DNA of 64,000 nucleotides from a virus. The notes beneath the pieces were generated by a model, which saw only the letters and a list, made by a program, of their open reading frames with translations, was not told the origin of the DNA and did not search any database. Location: positions 13,336-77,335 of the IMG/VR virus record IMGVR_UViG_3300007770_000007. The stretch is one strand, 5' to 3'. Position numbers and translations under genes: made by a program. Numbering within the stretch: position 1 is the first letter of the stretch; the number at the start of each line of letters is the position of its first letter. Shown one piece after another: positions 19,459 through 28,426 of the stretch.

Positions 19459-20124
19459 ATGCCTTTGCTTGGACAGGCCAGCGGTGGGTGGACAGAGTCA
19501 TCTTCGGCACTTCGTATTCTCAACTTGGGAATCCGAAACTCCGTGGGCGTTCTTACGAACGACTCCTTCACCCAGACCAACCCGCCAGTAGTTACGGCCA
19601 CTTCAACTATCAGTACCAATGTTGACACCAGTGTTCTTGGTGCCCTCTCTGGTAGTATCGCGTACACTCGACCCGATCAGGGCGTCAACTTCATCGGCCC
19701 CAACGCCGAAGGTGTTGGTGCTGCGAACGAACTGTTCGTCTTGCCCCTCGGACTCTTCATCAACGACGCCGTAGGTAACGCCTATGAGAACACTCCCGGT
19801 CCTGCATCGGGCAAGGGTCCTTACGTCAGCGGTCAGGGAACTTATGCTTCCTCGCTGTTCGAGACCCAGTTCTTGGCCGCCTCTGGTGGTGGTGGTGCTG
19901 CTGGTGATGCAATCACCTGGACTACTGGAATGCGTATGATCGCTTCCCGTAACGGCTACCTCATGCCTCTCTGGGACATTGTCAACGGTGGCACCTTCGC
20001 CAACGCTGGTAACAGTTCCGATGTCGAGCATGGCCACGCCGCTGGAACCGAAACGATGATGGGTGTCCTCAAGATGCCTGCTGATGCAACCCAACCAGAG
20101 ATCGTTTTCGATCTCCGCGTCTGA
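19459..20124 (+). CDS. Head decoration/cement protein (putative)
   Basis: Start MPLLGQ after AGGAG; immediately upstream of the major capsid gene; Gly/Thr-rich. Confidence 0.6.
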   Translation: MPLLGQASGGWTESSSALRILNLGIRNSVGVLTNDSFTQTNPPVVTATSTISTNVDTSVLGALSGSIAYTRPDQGVNFIGPNAEGVGAANELFVLPLGLFINDAVGNAYENTPGPASGKGPYVSGQGTYASSLFETQFLAASGGGGAAGDAITWTTGMRMIASRNGYLMPLWDIVNGGTFANAGNSSDVEHGHAAGTETMMGVLKMPADATQPEIVFDLRV

Positions 20125-20139
20125 TAAGGAGTACACACA

Positions 20140-21012
20140 ATGTCAGTTGCAAACTCTGTGAAGCAGAAGCTGATCAGCGACTACATCGGTACTCCCCAGG
20201 GACGTGCCAAGCTCGCTGCATCAATGACTCAACCCCTGCGGCTTCGTCGCGACTACATGGCAGTGGGTCGTAAGACCTTCCTTGTCGAGCAGTTGCCCGA
20301 CGGTGCCCTGCCGATTTACGACAAAGATCCTGATGTTACGGCATATGTGGTCGGTGAAGAAGGTGAGAACATTCTTGCCATCACCAAGCCTCGCCGCGTC
20401 ATCTTTCCTTTGTTCGAGATCGCGTCCAACCCGGAGATCCCCCTGACCCAGATCAAGGAGCGTCGTTTCGACCTCATTGAGCGGGCACAGGATCTCGCCC
20501 GTGCCCAGATTCAGGCTGCTGAAGATGAGCGCGTGTTCGCCGTCCTTGACGCTATCGCAACCACTGGTTTCGACAGCATCGCTGGTGGTACGAACCCCGA
20601 CACCCCCGTTGTTGCACCGATTAGCGGAGCCGTCCTTGCTGACGCCTTCTCGCTCATCGAGCGCCACGACCTCCGGGTTGCTCGCGTGTTCATGAACGCT
20701 CGCGACTACGCTGACCTGCGTAAGTTTGGCCGGGACATCTTGGACATCGAAACGCAGCGCGAACTGCTGAAGACCGGCCTTATGGGCACCCTCTGGGGCG
20801 CACAGGTCATCGTCAGCCGCCTTGTCCCCGTGGGCACGGTGTATGTTTGCTGCGAGCCAGAGATGTTTGGACGTATCCCCGTCCGTACCGAACTGACCGT
20901 TCTTTCCGCAGACGATCCGAAGGCTCGCACCATCGGCTTCTCCTGCTTCGAGAACCTGGGTCTTGGTGCCTACAACCCCCGTGGTTTGGCCCGACTGACC
21001 ATCACTCGGTAG
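20140..21012 (+). CDS. Major capsid protein (HK97 fold)
   Basis: GRAKLAASM…PLRLRRDY…RK…VEQLPDGALPIYDKD…PLFEIASNP…IQAAED; strong AAGGAG RBS; protease-scaffold-decoration-MCP order. Confidence 0.85.
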   Translation: MSVANSVKQKLISDYIGTPQGRAKLAASMTQPLRLRRDYMAVGRKTFLVEQLPDGALPIYDKDPDVTAYVVGEEGENILAITKPRRVIFPLFEIASNPEIPLTQIKERRFDLIERAQDLARAQIQAAEDERVFAVLDAIATTGFDSIAGGTNPDTPVVAPISGAVLADAFSLIERHDLRVARVFMNARDYADLRKFGRDILDIETQRELLKTGLMGTLWGAQVIVSRLVPVGTVYVCCEPEMFGRIPVRTELTVLSADDPKARTIGFSCFENLGLGAYNPRGLARLTITR

Positions 21013-21034
21013 CATTTAGCCGGTGACGGCTTCT

Positions 21035-21076
21035 GAAACCCCCGGTTGGTTCGCCAATCGGGGGTTTCTTGCGTTT
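21035..21076 (+). terminator. Intrinsic terminator after the capsid gene
   Basis: gaaacccccggttgg-ttcg-ccaatcgggggtttc followed by ttgcgttt. Confidence 0.8.
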
Positions 21077-21077
21077 G

Positions 21078-21107
21078 GGGGGTTCCCGTTCTGACTGGCT
21101 GCCGTAA
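21078..21107 (+). promoter_or_regulatory. Class A promoter-like motif GGGGGTTCCC-N14-CCGTAA
   Basis: The same motif with the same 14-nt spacer occurs at 4 other intergenic sites. Confidence 0.7.
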
Positions 21108-21112
21108 AGAGT

Positions 21113-21282
21113 TCAAGAGGAGGGATGGGACACCCAGACTGATTCGACAAAGGTGGAGGGCGATCAAGACCCGTTGACCACTGCGCTACCCACAAGACCG
21201 AGCAGCGGCGAAACCTTGTCAGTCTAAACGCCATACGAGTACCGAGAGGTCCGGGACGAAAGTCTCGGGCCTCGTTTGCTTT
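21113..21282 (+). ncRNA. Candidate structured small RNA (~165 nt)
   Basis: Own promoter motif, no credible ORF, stems agactga/tcagtct and caaaggt/accttg, ends in a GAAA-tetraloop hairpin plus T-rich tail. Confidence 0.5.
21246..21282 (+). terminator. GAAA-tetraloop terminator hairpin
   Basis: gaggtccgggac-gaaa-gtctcgggcctc-gtttgcttt. Confidence 0.7.
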
Positions 21283-21289
21283 GGGGTGC

Positions 21290-21304
21290 CGGTAGAGTGT
21301 CGAT
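21290..21304 (+). promoter_or_regulatory. Class B motif
   Basis: cggta-gagtgtc-gat. Confidence 0.7.
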
Positions 21305-21337
21305 ACTCAATGGGAAGTAACCCTTCTGGAGACAGTC

Positions 21338-21943
21338 ATGTCTGATACCCCCGCCCGTCACCGCTTGATTCGCCTCGCCTCTACGTTGCCCAAGGGCAGC
21401 ACGGAGCGTGGAGAGATCCTCTCCATTCTTGCCGCTGACGCTGACCACCTGAAGAAGCACCAGTTCGACAGCGAGAACAACCCCAATCCCAAGGGGAATG
21501 ACAAGGACGGTGACGGCGAGACTAACGAGCCGAGTCCCGTGAAGGACAAGAAGGCTGCCCCTTGTGATGACGCCCCCGCTCCCTTCAAAGAGCAGTGCTT
21601 GAAGAAGGTTGAAGAAGGGAAGAAGAATGAGGACAAGAAGGAAGCCGGTGGTGGCTGCGACTCTCCCAAACTTCCCGACGCCCTGAAGGCACAGTGCAAG
21701 GAGAAGGAGAAGGAAGGCGACAAAGAGGCCAAGGAAAAGTACCCCTGGGATGATTGTATTGCCGATCAGATGAAGGAATACGGCAGCAAGGAAGTTGCTG
21801 AAAAGGTTTGCGGTAAGATCCGGGCCGAGAGCCAGGGCCTCAAGTCCGCTGCTGATTTCCGCAGAAGCCTGATTCGGATGGCTGCCGAGATGCCCAAGGG
21901 CGATGCTTCCCGTAAGAAGCTCCTCACACTTCTCAAGTCCTAA
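21338..21943 (+). CDS. Charged hypothetical protein with terminal repeats (candidate head-internal protein)
   Basis: RLIRLASTLPKGSTERGEILSIL at the N-terminus and SLIRMAAEMPKGDASRKKLLTLL at the C-terminus; paired Cys motifs. Confidence 0.7.
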   Translation: MSDTPARHRLIRLASTLPKGSTERGEILSILAADADHLKKHQFDSENNPNPKGNDKDGDGETNEPSPVKDKKAAPCDDAPAPFKEQCLKKVEEGKKNEDKKEAGGGCDSPKLPDALKAQCKEKEKEGDKEAKEKYPWDDCIADQMKEYGSKEVAEKVCGKIRAESQGLKSAADFRRSLIRMAAEMPKGDASRKKLLTLLKS

Positions 21944-22572
21944 TGATTCAGCCATCGCCTTCAAGAGTAGCTGCCCGTTATGCGGCATCCCCTCCCACGC
22001 TTCGGCAAGTGAAAGCCCTTTTGAGGCGCACGGGAATCGAAGGTGAGTTGTCAGGGCGTGGGCGCGATTGGTCCGTGGAGTTGCCTGATAGCCGCACTTC
22101 TGACGCCTTCCAGAAAGCCTACCAAAAGGCTTTTCGTGCTGGGGTTGGGGGTTACCGTACTGGCTACGGTGCCTGGGTTATGCGCCCAGGCTATGGCGCA
22201 GACCCCCATGACTTCAACGACCCTGCTTCCCGGCACCACTACGCCGCGCTCCCAGAGGAGCCTGTGGTCGGAGACATTCTCTATTCCAACTGGGGATATG
22301 ACCAGACCAACATCGACTACTACCAGATCATCAAGGCGACCCCAAAGCAGGTCGTCATAAAGCAGCTTCTCAAGAAGGTTGTGAGCACGGGCCGCACTGA
22401 TGAGAAGGTCATCCCCCTCAAGGGGAAGTTCGATCCAAGAGGGAAGGCTCTCCGTAGAAAGTGGCGTCCCGGCTACAGCGACGGCATTGCTGTGAGCATC
22501 AACTCCTACTCCAGCGCGTATAGTTGGGATGGTCGTCCTAAAAGCCAAACAATGGCCGGGTTCGGCCACTGA
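21943..22572 (+). CDS. Two-module hypothetical protein with N-terminal PSPSRVAARY
   Basis: Coupled ORF; second module VGDILYSNWGYDQTNIDYYQI. Confidence 0.7.
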   Translation: MIQPSPSRVAARYAASPPTLRQVKALLRRTGIEGELSGRGRDWSVELPDSRTSDAFQKAYQKAFRAGVGGYRTGYGAWVMRPGYGADPHDFNDPASRHHYAALPEEPVVGDILYSNWGYDQTNIDYYQIIKATPKQVVIKQLLKKVVSTGRTDEKVIPLKGKFDPRGKALRRKWRPGYSDGIAVSINSYSSAYSWDGRPKSQTMAGFGH

Positions 22573-22593
22573 AGACGATCTTCGCTGGGTAGT

Positions 22594-23229
22594 GTGAGCA
22601 CACTGGAGGGTGAGGTGCTCATAGCAGTTTCAGGGACTATCGGTGTCGGCAAATCCACTCTCTGCGCGAGGCTTGCTGGCGAGACCGGTTTTACCCTGAT
22701 TCCAGAGCCGGTGTCCACGAACCCCTACCTCGCTGACTTCTACATAGATCCGACGAGATGGGCCTTTACAGCCCAGATATTCATGATCACGGATCGCTTC
22801 CGTCGGCAGCAGGAGATCACTGATAGCAGTGAGGGCTATCTTTTGGATCGGTGTCTTCACGAGGATTGGGTATTTGCCCAAGTTCTCTACGAAATGGAAC
22901 ACCTGTCTGAACGAGAGTGGGAGACGTACAAAGGTCTTCACCGCTCTCTTATTGAGGTGGTCCCGGTTCCAGATGCCGTTGTCTACTTGCGGGTTCCCCC
23001 CGAGGAGGCTCTCCAGCGCATCGGTTCCAGAGGCAGAGCTTCCGAGATGGCGATTTCCTTGGACTACCTCTCCCATCTTCATCGCGTGTATGAGGAGTGG
23101 GCTACCCGTATGTCTACCATCACAAGGGTGGTCGCTATGGATTGGCGTTCCTACGGGGATGTAGCCGAGGTTGTTGGTCGTCTGCCTACACCAAAGAGGG
23201 CGGTATCCTCAAATCAGACGTTTTCATGA
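22594..23229 (+). CDS. Deoxynucleoside kinase
   Basis: IAVSGTIGVGKST P-loop, EPV…NPYLADFY, LLDR, PDAVVYL, RI.SRGR.SE, LDYL. Confidence 0.92.
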   Translation: MSTLEGEVLIAVSGTIGVGKSTLCARLAGETGFTLIPEPVSTNPYLADFYIDPTRWAFTAQIFMITDRFRRQQEITDSSEGYLLDRCLHEDWVFAQVLYEMEHLSEREWETYKGLHRSLIEVVPVPDAVVYLRVPPEEALQRIGSRGRASEMAISLDYLSHLHRVYEEWATRMSTITRVVAMDWRSYGDVAEVVGRLPTPKRAVSSNQTFS

Positions 23230-23947
23230 CTGTCCATTCCGGGTCCATGAACGGCTCGTACCCAAACATCTGAATCAGAGGTGCGTCGGCCTTCGCCACC
23301 CATTCTTTCATCTCATCGTCGTAGAGGGATTCCGGGTCTTTGATCCACGACGCGGGCCGGTGTGACGCACGGTTTTGGGGTGTCACACTCTGTACTTTCT
23401 CCAGGTCCTCGTTCAACACTTCCGCAAGCCCTTCGTAGAGGGTGGAGGTGTTGATGAAAAGGTCTGGGCGTGGAGGCTTGCCGTAACAGAACCGGAATGT
23501 CCAACTACACAGGCCCAGGCCAGCACCGAGGTAGTCTATCTCGGCTCCATAATGGCCGAGCGGGTCCGGGTCCCAGATAAGCGGGAAGGGGCGCGGGAGT
23601 TCTTCCAGGTCCAGGGGGTGGGTTGCCCCGAAGAGGAAGTCCTTGAACTCCGAGGATCCATTGCCCATTCTCCTGACGTTCTCTTGCTGCTGTTCCGACG
23701 GGTAGGCACTGGAGATGGCCATGTTGTAGAGGGAGGCGTACCAGGACCAGGGGTCTCGCACGCTCCCGACCAAAGCTCTTTTCGCCAGTGCCGAGGTAGG
23801 GATGTCAGAGGCCCTTCCGTGACGCCGCAAGCTGTTGATAACCCCAAGCCCTGGGGGTTGGAGTTGCTTCAACACACGGTAGACGGACATGCCCCCTGTC
23901 TTGGGCATATGCCAGTAAGCGATCTTGTCCGTGTAGAAGAGGGACAT
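23186..23947 (-). CDS. Sulfotransferase-family protein
   Basis: 5'-PSB motif HMPKTGGMS and 3'-PB motif VRDPWSWYASLY. Confidence 0.75.
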   Translation of the reverse strand: MSLFYTDKIAYWHMPKTGGMSVYRVLKQLQPPGLGVINSLRRHGRASDIPTSALAKRALVGSVRDPWSWYASLYNMAISSAYPSEQQQENVRRMGNGSSEFKDFLFGATHPLDLEELPRPFPLIWDPDPLGHYGAEIDYLGAGLGLCSWTFRFCYGKPPRPDLFINTSTLYEGLAEVLNEDLEKVQSVTPQNRASHRPASWIKDPESLYDDEMKEWVAKADAPLIQMFGYEPFMDPEWTVMKTSDLRIPPSLV

Positions 23948-24636
23948 CAGGAAGTGGGCCTGTCGGATCGATACCGTTCAACCAGAGCTTCTACTGGAGA
24001 TCCCTCTTCCCCTTCATCCCCGAAGAAATCATCCACGTCGAACTCGTCAGGTTCGTCGTTCTCTTCGTCTGATTCAGGAGCTACCCGGACACCATCCAGG
24101 ATGGCGTCTACCTCATCCATCTGGTCGAGCAGGTCTTCCCCTTCGTCGTCCCATTCCCCTTCGTCGTCCTTCTCTTCTTCTCCGTCCTGAAGTCCCTTGA
24201 GAATGGCGATGGTTTCCGGGTTGCCTGCAAGCACCTGCATCCTTGTCGCGAGGTCCAGACGGCTCACGTCGATCCCGTGGATGATTTCCGGCTCTGCTTC
24301 ACCGTCCTCTTCCTCTTCCTCATCTTCTGGTTCAGGAGCGGAAGCAACGTCATTGGCGACTTCATTTTCCTCCGCTACGAGTGCTGCTGCCACCTCCGTC
24401 CATGCCTGAAGTTGGCCTTGGAGTTGATCAGCACTGGATTGCAGTTGCTTGAAGTAGTCCTCCATCTGGCTGTCGAGGTTTTCCACAGCTTCCAGGATTC
24501 CCGCCTCCTTCATCAAGGCATCCCTCTTCTCTTTATGCTGTGCTTGCATAGCCTTCAGGGATTTGGGAAGCTCCTTCAGCTTCTCTTGCAGGGACACGAT
24601 GTTTTGAGAGGCGGTTTCCCGCAGGTTTGTGTTCAC
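23947..24636 (-). CDS. Acidic coiled-coil hypothetical protein
   Basis: Coupled ORF in the minus-strand operon. Confidence 0.6.
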   Translation of the reverse strand: MNTNLRETASQNIVSLQEKLKELPKSLKAMQAQHKEKRDALMKEAGILEAVENLDSQMEDYFKQLQSSADQLQGQLQAWTEVAAALVAEENEVANDVASAPEPEDEEEEEDGEAEPEIIHGIDVSRLDLATRMQVLAGNPETIAILKGLQDGEEEKDDEGEWDDEGEDLLDQMDEVDAILDGVRVAPESDEENDEPDEFDVDDFFGDEGEEGSPVEALVERYRSDRPTS

Positions 24637-24637
24637 G

Positions 24638-25672
24638 TCAGCACCTTCCGGTTTTGATGAACGATACCCGCAAGCCAGTGCTTGCGGTTCCTTCAGTTGC
24701 CTCTGTTATTCGTCCTTGGTCGTCAATGGTGACGACGGGGTTGGTGTAAGTCCCCGCCGTGACGCCTGTGTTTGCGAGGTCAAAGGTCTTTGTCCCCACC
24801 CCGTCTGTGATGTTGATGCCGGTCCCGCCCGTTAGCACGTTTGAAGCAGCCGACGTGATTCGGCCTTGGGCGTCTACCGTGACATCAGGGTTTTCGTAGG
24901 ATCCGGGAGTTACGGCAGTGTTTTCCAGGGAGACGGTGACGTTTGTACCGTCGTCCGTGATGTCGATGCCTGTGCCTTCTGCAAGCACACGGGCATTAGG
25001 AAGGTCAGCGTCAGCGGCCAGGGTGACGTACTGGGCATCGTCGGGTGCCCCCGCATCGCCCGCTGTCTTCCCGACATACCGGAATCCCACAATCCAGGGA
25101 TCAAACGTCGCAGCGACAATCCCTGTTAGAGCGAAGAAGTCTGCCGAGAAGAGGAGAAGCCCGTTGGCATAGTTGAAAGTCCACCCTACGGTCTTGTTGG
25201 CCCCAACTCCTGTGGTCCCTTCCGTGGTGGTGATGAGAACACCGCCAGCGTTTGGATCACCGTTGTACAACTGCATGGCGTATCCGTTGCTCGGAGCGCC
25301 AGACGCTTGGGGGACTAACTGTGGAAGCAGCCAGTTTCGGAGTTGTGCGGAGGAAGTATCCCCCGGCGTTTCGTAGGCTGCGTAGGTGGAGAAGTTGGTT
25401 CCCGGAACCAGGGTCATTTGGGTAGCGGACGCAGGGTCAGACAGGTCCTGAATCAGATCCGGGTTGGCCGCCGCGTTGGTTTGTGCCGTTGCGAGGTTCC
25501 CGGCCACCAACCCCTGGAGCCGAGGCATCTCCGTCCATACCTGTTCTGCGGCGAGAACAAAGGTGAAGGGGAAGAAGACCTCGTACCAAACACTATTGGG
25601 GTTGGCGTCAATAACCCCGGCCTGGAGAGCCTTGGCCGCGATGTTGATTCTTTCAAGTTGGCTGAATCCCAC
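24638..25672 (-). CDS. Fibre-like structural protein
   Basis: Twice-repeated GTGI.IT…L.NT.VT.G.Y.NP.VT.D.QGRIT.A fibre motif. Confidence 0.7.
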   Translation of the reverse strand: MGFSQLERINIAAKALQAGVIDANPNSVWYEVFFPFTFVLAAEQVWTEMPRLQGLVAGNLATAQTNAAANPDLIQDLSDPASATQMTLVPGTNFSTYAAYETPGDTSSAQLRNWLLPQLVPQASGAPSNGYAMQLYNGDPNAGGVLITTTEGTTGVGANKTVGWTFNYANGLLLFSADFFALTGIVAATFDPWIVGFRYVGKTAGDAGAPDDAQYVTLAADADLPNARVLAEGTGIDITDDGTNVTVSLENTAVTPGSYENPDVTVDAQGRITSAASNVLTGGTGINITDGVGTKTFDLANTGVTAGTYTNPVVTIDDQGRITEATEGTASTGLRVSFIKTGRC

Positions 25673-25998
25673 TACTCACCTCCTGTTTGGGCCATGTACT
25701 GCCCCAGGACAGGCATCACGTCGTTTTCTTCGAGCCGGTATACGGTTCGGGTGTGGATCCCGGTTTGCACAGACAAGGAGAAGTACCCCTCCTTGTACTT
25801 GGCTCTTACCGTTTGGGTTCCGACATAGAACACGGCGCGATCCCATAAGGCACGAGCTACATCACGGAAATCTCTGTCGGTAAGGGTTACCTCGTCTACA
25901 CGCCCTTCAGAAGTGGCGATGGACACCCTCACAGTGTTGACTTCATGGTCTCTGGTGATGTGGAAGGGTTGGGTGAATCGGGGCATTTTGGACCTCAA
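25672..25998 (-). CDS. Hypothetical protein
   Basis: Fills the gap between coupled minus-strand ORFs. Confidence 0.55.
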   Translation of the reverse strand: MRSKMPRFTQPFHITRDHEVNTVRVSIATSEGRVDEVTLTDRDFRDVARALWDRAVFYVGTQTVRAKYKEGYFSLSVQTGIHTRTVYRLEENDVMPVLGQYMAQTGGE

Positions 25999-28043
25999 AC
26001 GAAAGATACGACCAGGGAATCGACCATGATTCCAGGGTTGGCGATCTCGATCTCAATGTAGATGCCGTTCTCGCAAGAGAAGCCGCCGAAGGTGATGTTG
26101 ACTGTGTTTCCGCTGGAGGTCCCTTCTCGTATGTAGGAGCCGAGAACGGTAGCTCCGTCATCGAAGCTGGCGAAGTTGTACAAACCCCCATGTACACGGA
26201 GGGGGTTGGCTGTCGGTCCCGCACCCCCTCCTGTGGCAGAGGCTACACGCCTGACGTAGACCCGGAGATCCTCCGCAGCAAGGTCTGTGGTCGCATCCCC
26301 GAGGAAGGTTCCAGAGAAGTTCAGGGTCATCGAGGAGCGGTTTGTTCCTGCGGTGTCCACGAAGGTCCGGTAGTAGGAGACAGTTCCTCCCAAGGCGGTG
26401 TAGTCGGGGCCTCCCGTGGGGTTGTACACAGACCAATCCAGAATGGGGGCTTGGTTAGGGACTGACAGATTCCCATCACAAACTATCCCCTCTCCCCCCA
26501 CCAAAGTCGTGGTGCTGTTCCAGTTCCCGGCTGTCGCTCCCCCGTTGTAAGTGGAGTCCTGTCTCCGGTTCTCGTCATTGAAATACTCTGCGGTATCGGA
26601 ACTGGCAGTAGTGTGTGTGTCCACAACAAGAGCAAGAGAAGCACTCGCAGCAGCAGCCCCACTTCCCCAGGAGTCCGCTGCCACTGCCGAAGCAGCAACC
26701 GAGGAGCCGAGATAGCGGTATCCAGTTCCGCTGAACGCCCAGTCGGTCTTGGAGTAGGACACACCATCGGTGTTTTCATCATTGTTCCAACCAGCGAAAC
26801 TGGCAGCCCCATCCCCAAAAGGCGATTGACTCAATGTGGGCAACGTGCCCCCAACATTCGATGACGAGATGGTCAGGTTTCCCGTGGCGCGAGAGGTGTT
26901 GCGATTCAGTTGATCAATGCCCGTCACCTCCACAGTGAACTGGGAACTCGTGTCGTAATAAAGCACCCCGGACAAGTACCGGGTGGCCACCATCCCAGGA
27001 GTCTCACTCAGGGTACAAACCCCGCTGATGGAGGGGGTAGTGGGGTTGGCGTCAAGGAACACAGCAGCTTGAGTATAAGTATAAGGACCACTCCCATCCG
27101 TTGCCGAGTCTGGGGTCATCACCACCTCGACATGGTAGCGACCTCCCTCTAATCCTGCATTGGTGAGGATGGTTGAAGTGTCCACCCCCACTGACATGTT
27201 TGCCTTTTGGCGGGCAGGGTGGAAGGCGTCATCCACGCCATAGCCAGAAATTACTACAAAGAGGTTTCCCGAGCCAGAGGTGTGGGTGGCGTCACCTGTC
27301 AGAGAAGGGGTGGTGTAGGTTTCTAAGACTGAAACCCCATCCGCGTCATACATCGTCACCACAGCAGTCGCGTCTCCCCCAAATCCGGTGGTGTCCCCTG
27401 GCGTGGTGAATGTAATGTCATCTTGAAGTGTGGCTGGCTGGTCGGTCCCGGCCCAGCCTCCGGTTTTGAAGGGGGTCCCCTCTCCCCCATGTGGGGTGGA
27501 TATGTGGGCGGTGGTACGCGAGAGGCTTTCGGTGACCGACTGATTACCGTTATTACCGTCGGACGTGTCCCAGTGGCTACTGTATGAAGGGGGCGGGAGT
27601 GGCGGGATATAGACGGTAGCCACACCGCCCACGTCAAGAACTTCTACGTCCGCGCCTACAAAGTTGATGGTGGTGAAGGTTCCAAGAGAGACTCCTTCAT
27701 CCTCAATATCAACTCCAGCCCCCCCACCCCCCGACTCAAAACAGTCAACTCCTTCTTCTACGACCGCTAAAACCCCGGTGGCGGGGTCTTCTCCTTCCAT
27801 CACTCCGTAGAGCATGATCGAGGGGGTCAGTATCGCCGGGATGGTGACGGTGTATTTGTATCTTCCTGTGACCCCGGTGACGGCAGACATGGCTGTGCCT
27901 GCCACAACCACCCCTTGCCGGTTCCCTGAAGCATCGAAGTAGAAGACCTCAATGGAGGGGTTTAGGGGCGTGATCGGGTTCCCACTGCTGTCCAGGAACA
28001 GTGCGGTAAAGGTGAAGGGTTCCCCGATGATCCCTTTAGCCAT
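25995..28043 (-). CDS. Large Gly/Thr/Ser-rich virion structural protein
   Basis: N-terminal Ig/BppU-like segment, IEDEG…TTINFVG motif, AAGGAG RBS. Confidence 0.65.
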   Translation of the reverse strand: MAKGIIGEPFTFTALFLDSSGNPITPLNPSIEVFYFDASGNRQGVVVAGTAMSAVTGVTGRYKYTVTIPAILTPSIMLYGVMEGEDPATGVLAVVEEGVDCFESGGGGAGVDIEDEGVSLGTFTTINFVGADVEVLDVGGVATVYIPPLPPPSYSSHWDTSDGNNGNQSVTESLSRTTAHISTPHGGEGTPFKTGGWAGTDQPATLQDDITFTTPGDTTGFGGDATAVVTMYDADGVSVLETYTTPSLTGDATHTSGSGNLFVVISGYGVDDAFHPARQKANMSVGVDTSTILTNAGLEGGRYHVEVVMTPDSATDGSGPYTYTQAAVFLDANPTTPSISGVCTLSETPGMVATRYLSGVLYYDTSSQFTVEVTGIDQLNRNTSRATGNLTISSSNVGGTLPTLSQSPFGDGAASFAGWNNDENTDGVSYSKTDWAFSGTGYRYLGSSVAASAVAADSWGSGAAAASASLALVVDTHTTASSDTAEYFNDENRRQDSTYNGGATAGNWNSTTTLVGGEGIVCDGNLSVPNQAPILDWSVYNPTGGPDYTALGGTVSYYRTFVDTAGTNRSSMTLNFSGTFLGDATTDLAAEDLRVYVRRVASATGGGAGPTANPLRVHGGLYNFASFDDGATVLGSYIREGTSSGNTVNITFGGFSCENGIYIEIEIANPGIMVDSLVVSFV

Positions 28044-28046
28044 CGG

Positions 28047-28220
28047 TTACTCCTTTGGGAGTTCTCGGAGAAGCCACTCCCTCTTTTCAATCCACTCTTT
28101 TCCGTCCCACACCATTCCGTTCATTTCTTCACCGACCTTCGGTTCTGGAAGGTCCATAGGAAGAGGAAGCTGCACAACTCGCGGTGCGGCTACTGCTATG
28201 CCCGTTTTCGTGAACGCCAT
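28047..28220 (-). CDS. Small protein, 57 aa (MAFTKTGIAVAAPRVVQLPLP…WDGKEWI…)
   Basis: Not in the ORF track; AGGAG RBS; downstream of a class B motif; stop 3 nt before the next start. Confidence 0.6.
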   Translation of the reverse strand: MAFTKTGIAVAAPRVVQLPLPMDLPEPKVGEEMNGMVWDGKEWIEKREWLLRELPKE

Positions 28221-28245
28221 TCGGAACTCCTAAAACTTCTCGCTC

Positions 28246-28293
28246 ATAGACTACCAACCGGAGGGAAGTTCTGATTCTCGGTAGGGTCTTTAT
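28246..28293. promoter_or_regulatory. Divergent pair of class B motifs
   Basis: Minus 28246-28260 cggtt-ggtagtc-tat; plus 28279-28293 cggta-gggtctt-tat. Confidence 0.7.
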
Positions 28294-28426
28294 TCCTGAC
28301 CCTATGGGTGAGAGGGATGCCCGTGTGTGGCAACCACCTCGGGTTCGCGTTGTGCTTTTTTTGGGCTACTCCTTTTTGCGCTTTTCCCTCTGAACTGACC
28401 CCTTTTCCAACTTTTGGAGTTTCCCA

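Noticed and set aside
20140-21012. Encapsulin shell instead of phage capsid (short HK97 protein)
   Set aside because: Context has a protease, scaffold, neck, sheath, tube and replication genes, which fits a tailed phage
21121-21153. GGGATG…GATTCGAC resembling the tmRNA 5' end
   Set aside because: Spacing is wrong, and there is no paired T-arm, acceptor stem or tag reading frame nearby
21016-21234. 72-aa minus-strand ORF over the candidate sRNA
   Set aside because: No RBS, runs through terminator hairpins, and has no protein-like features
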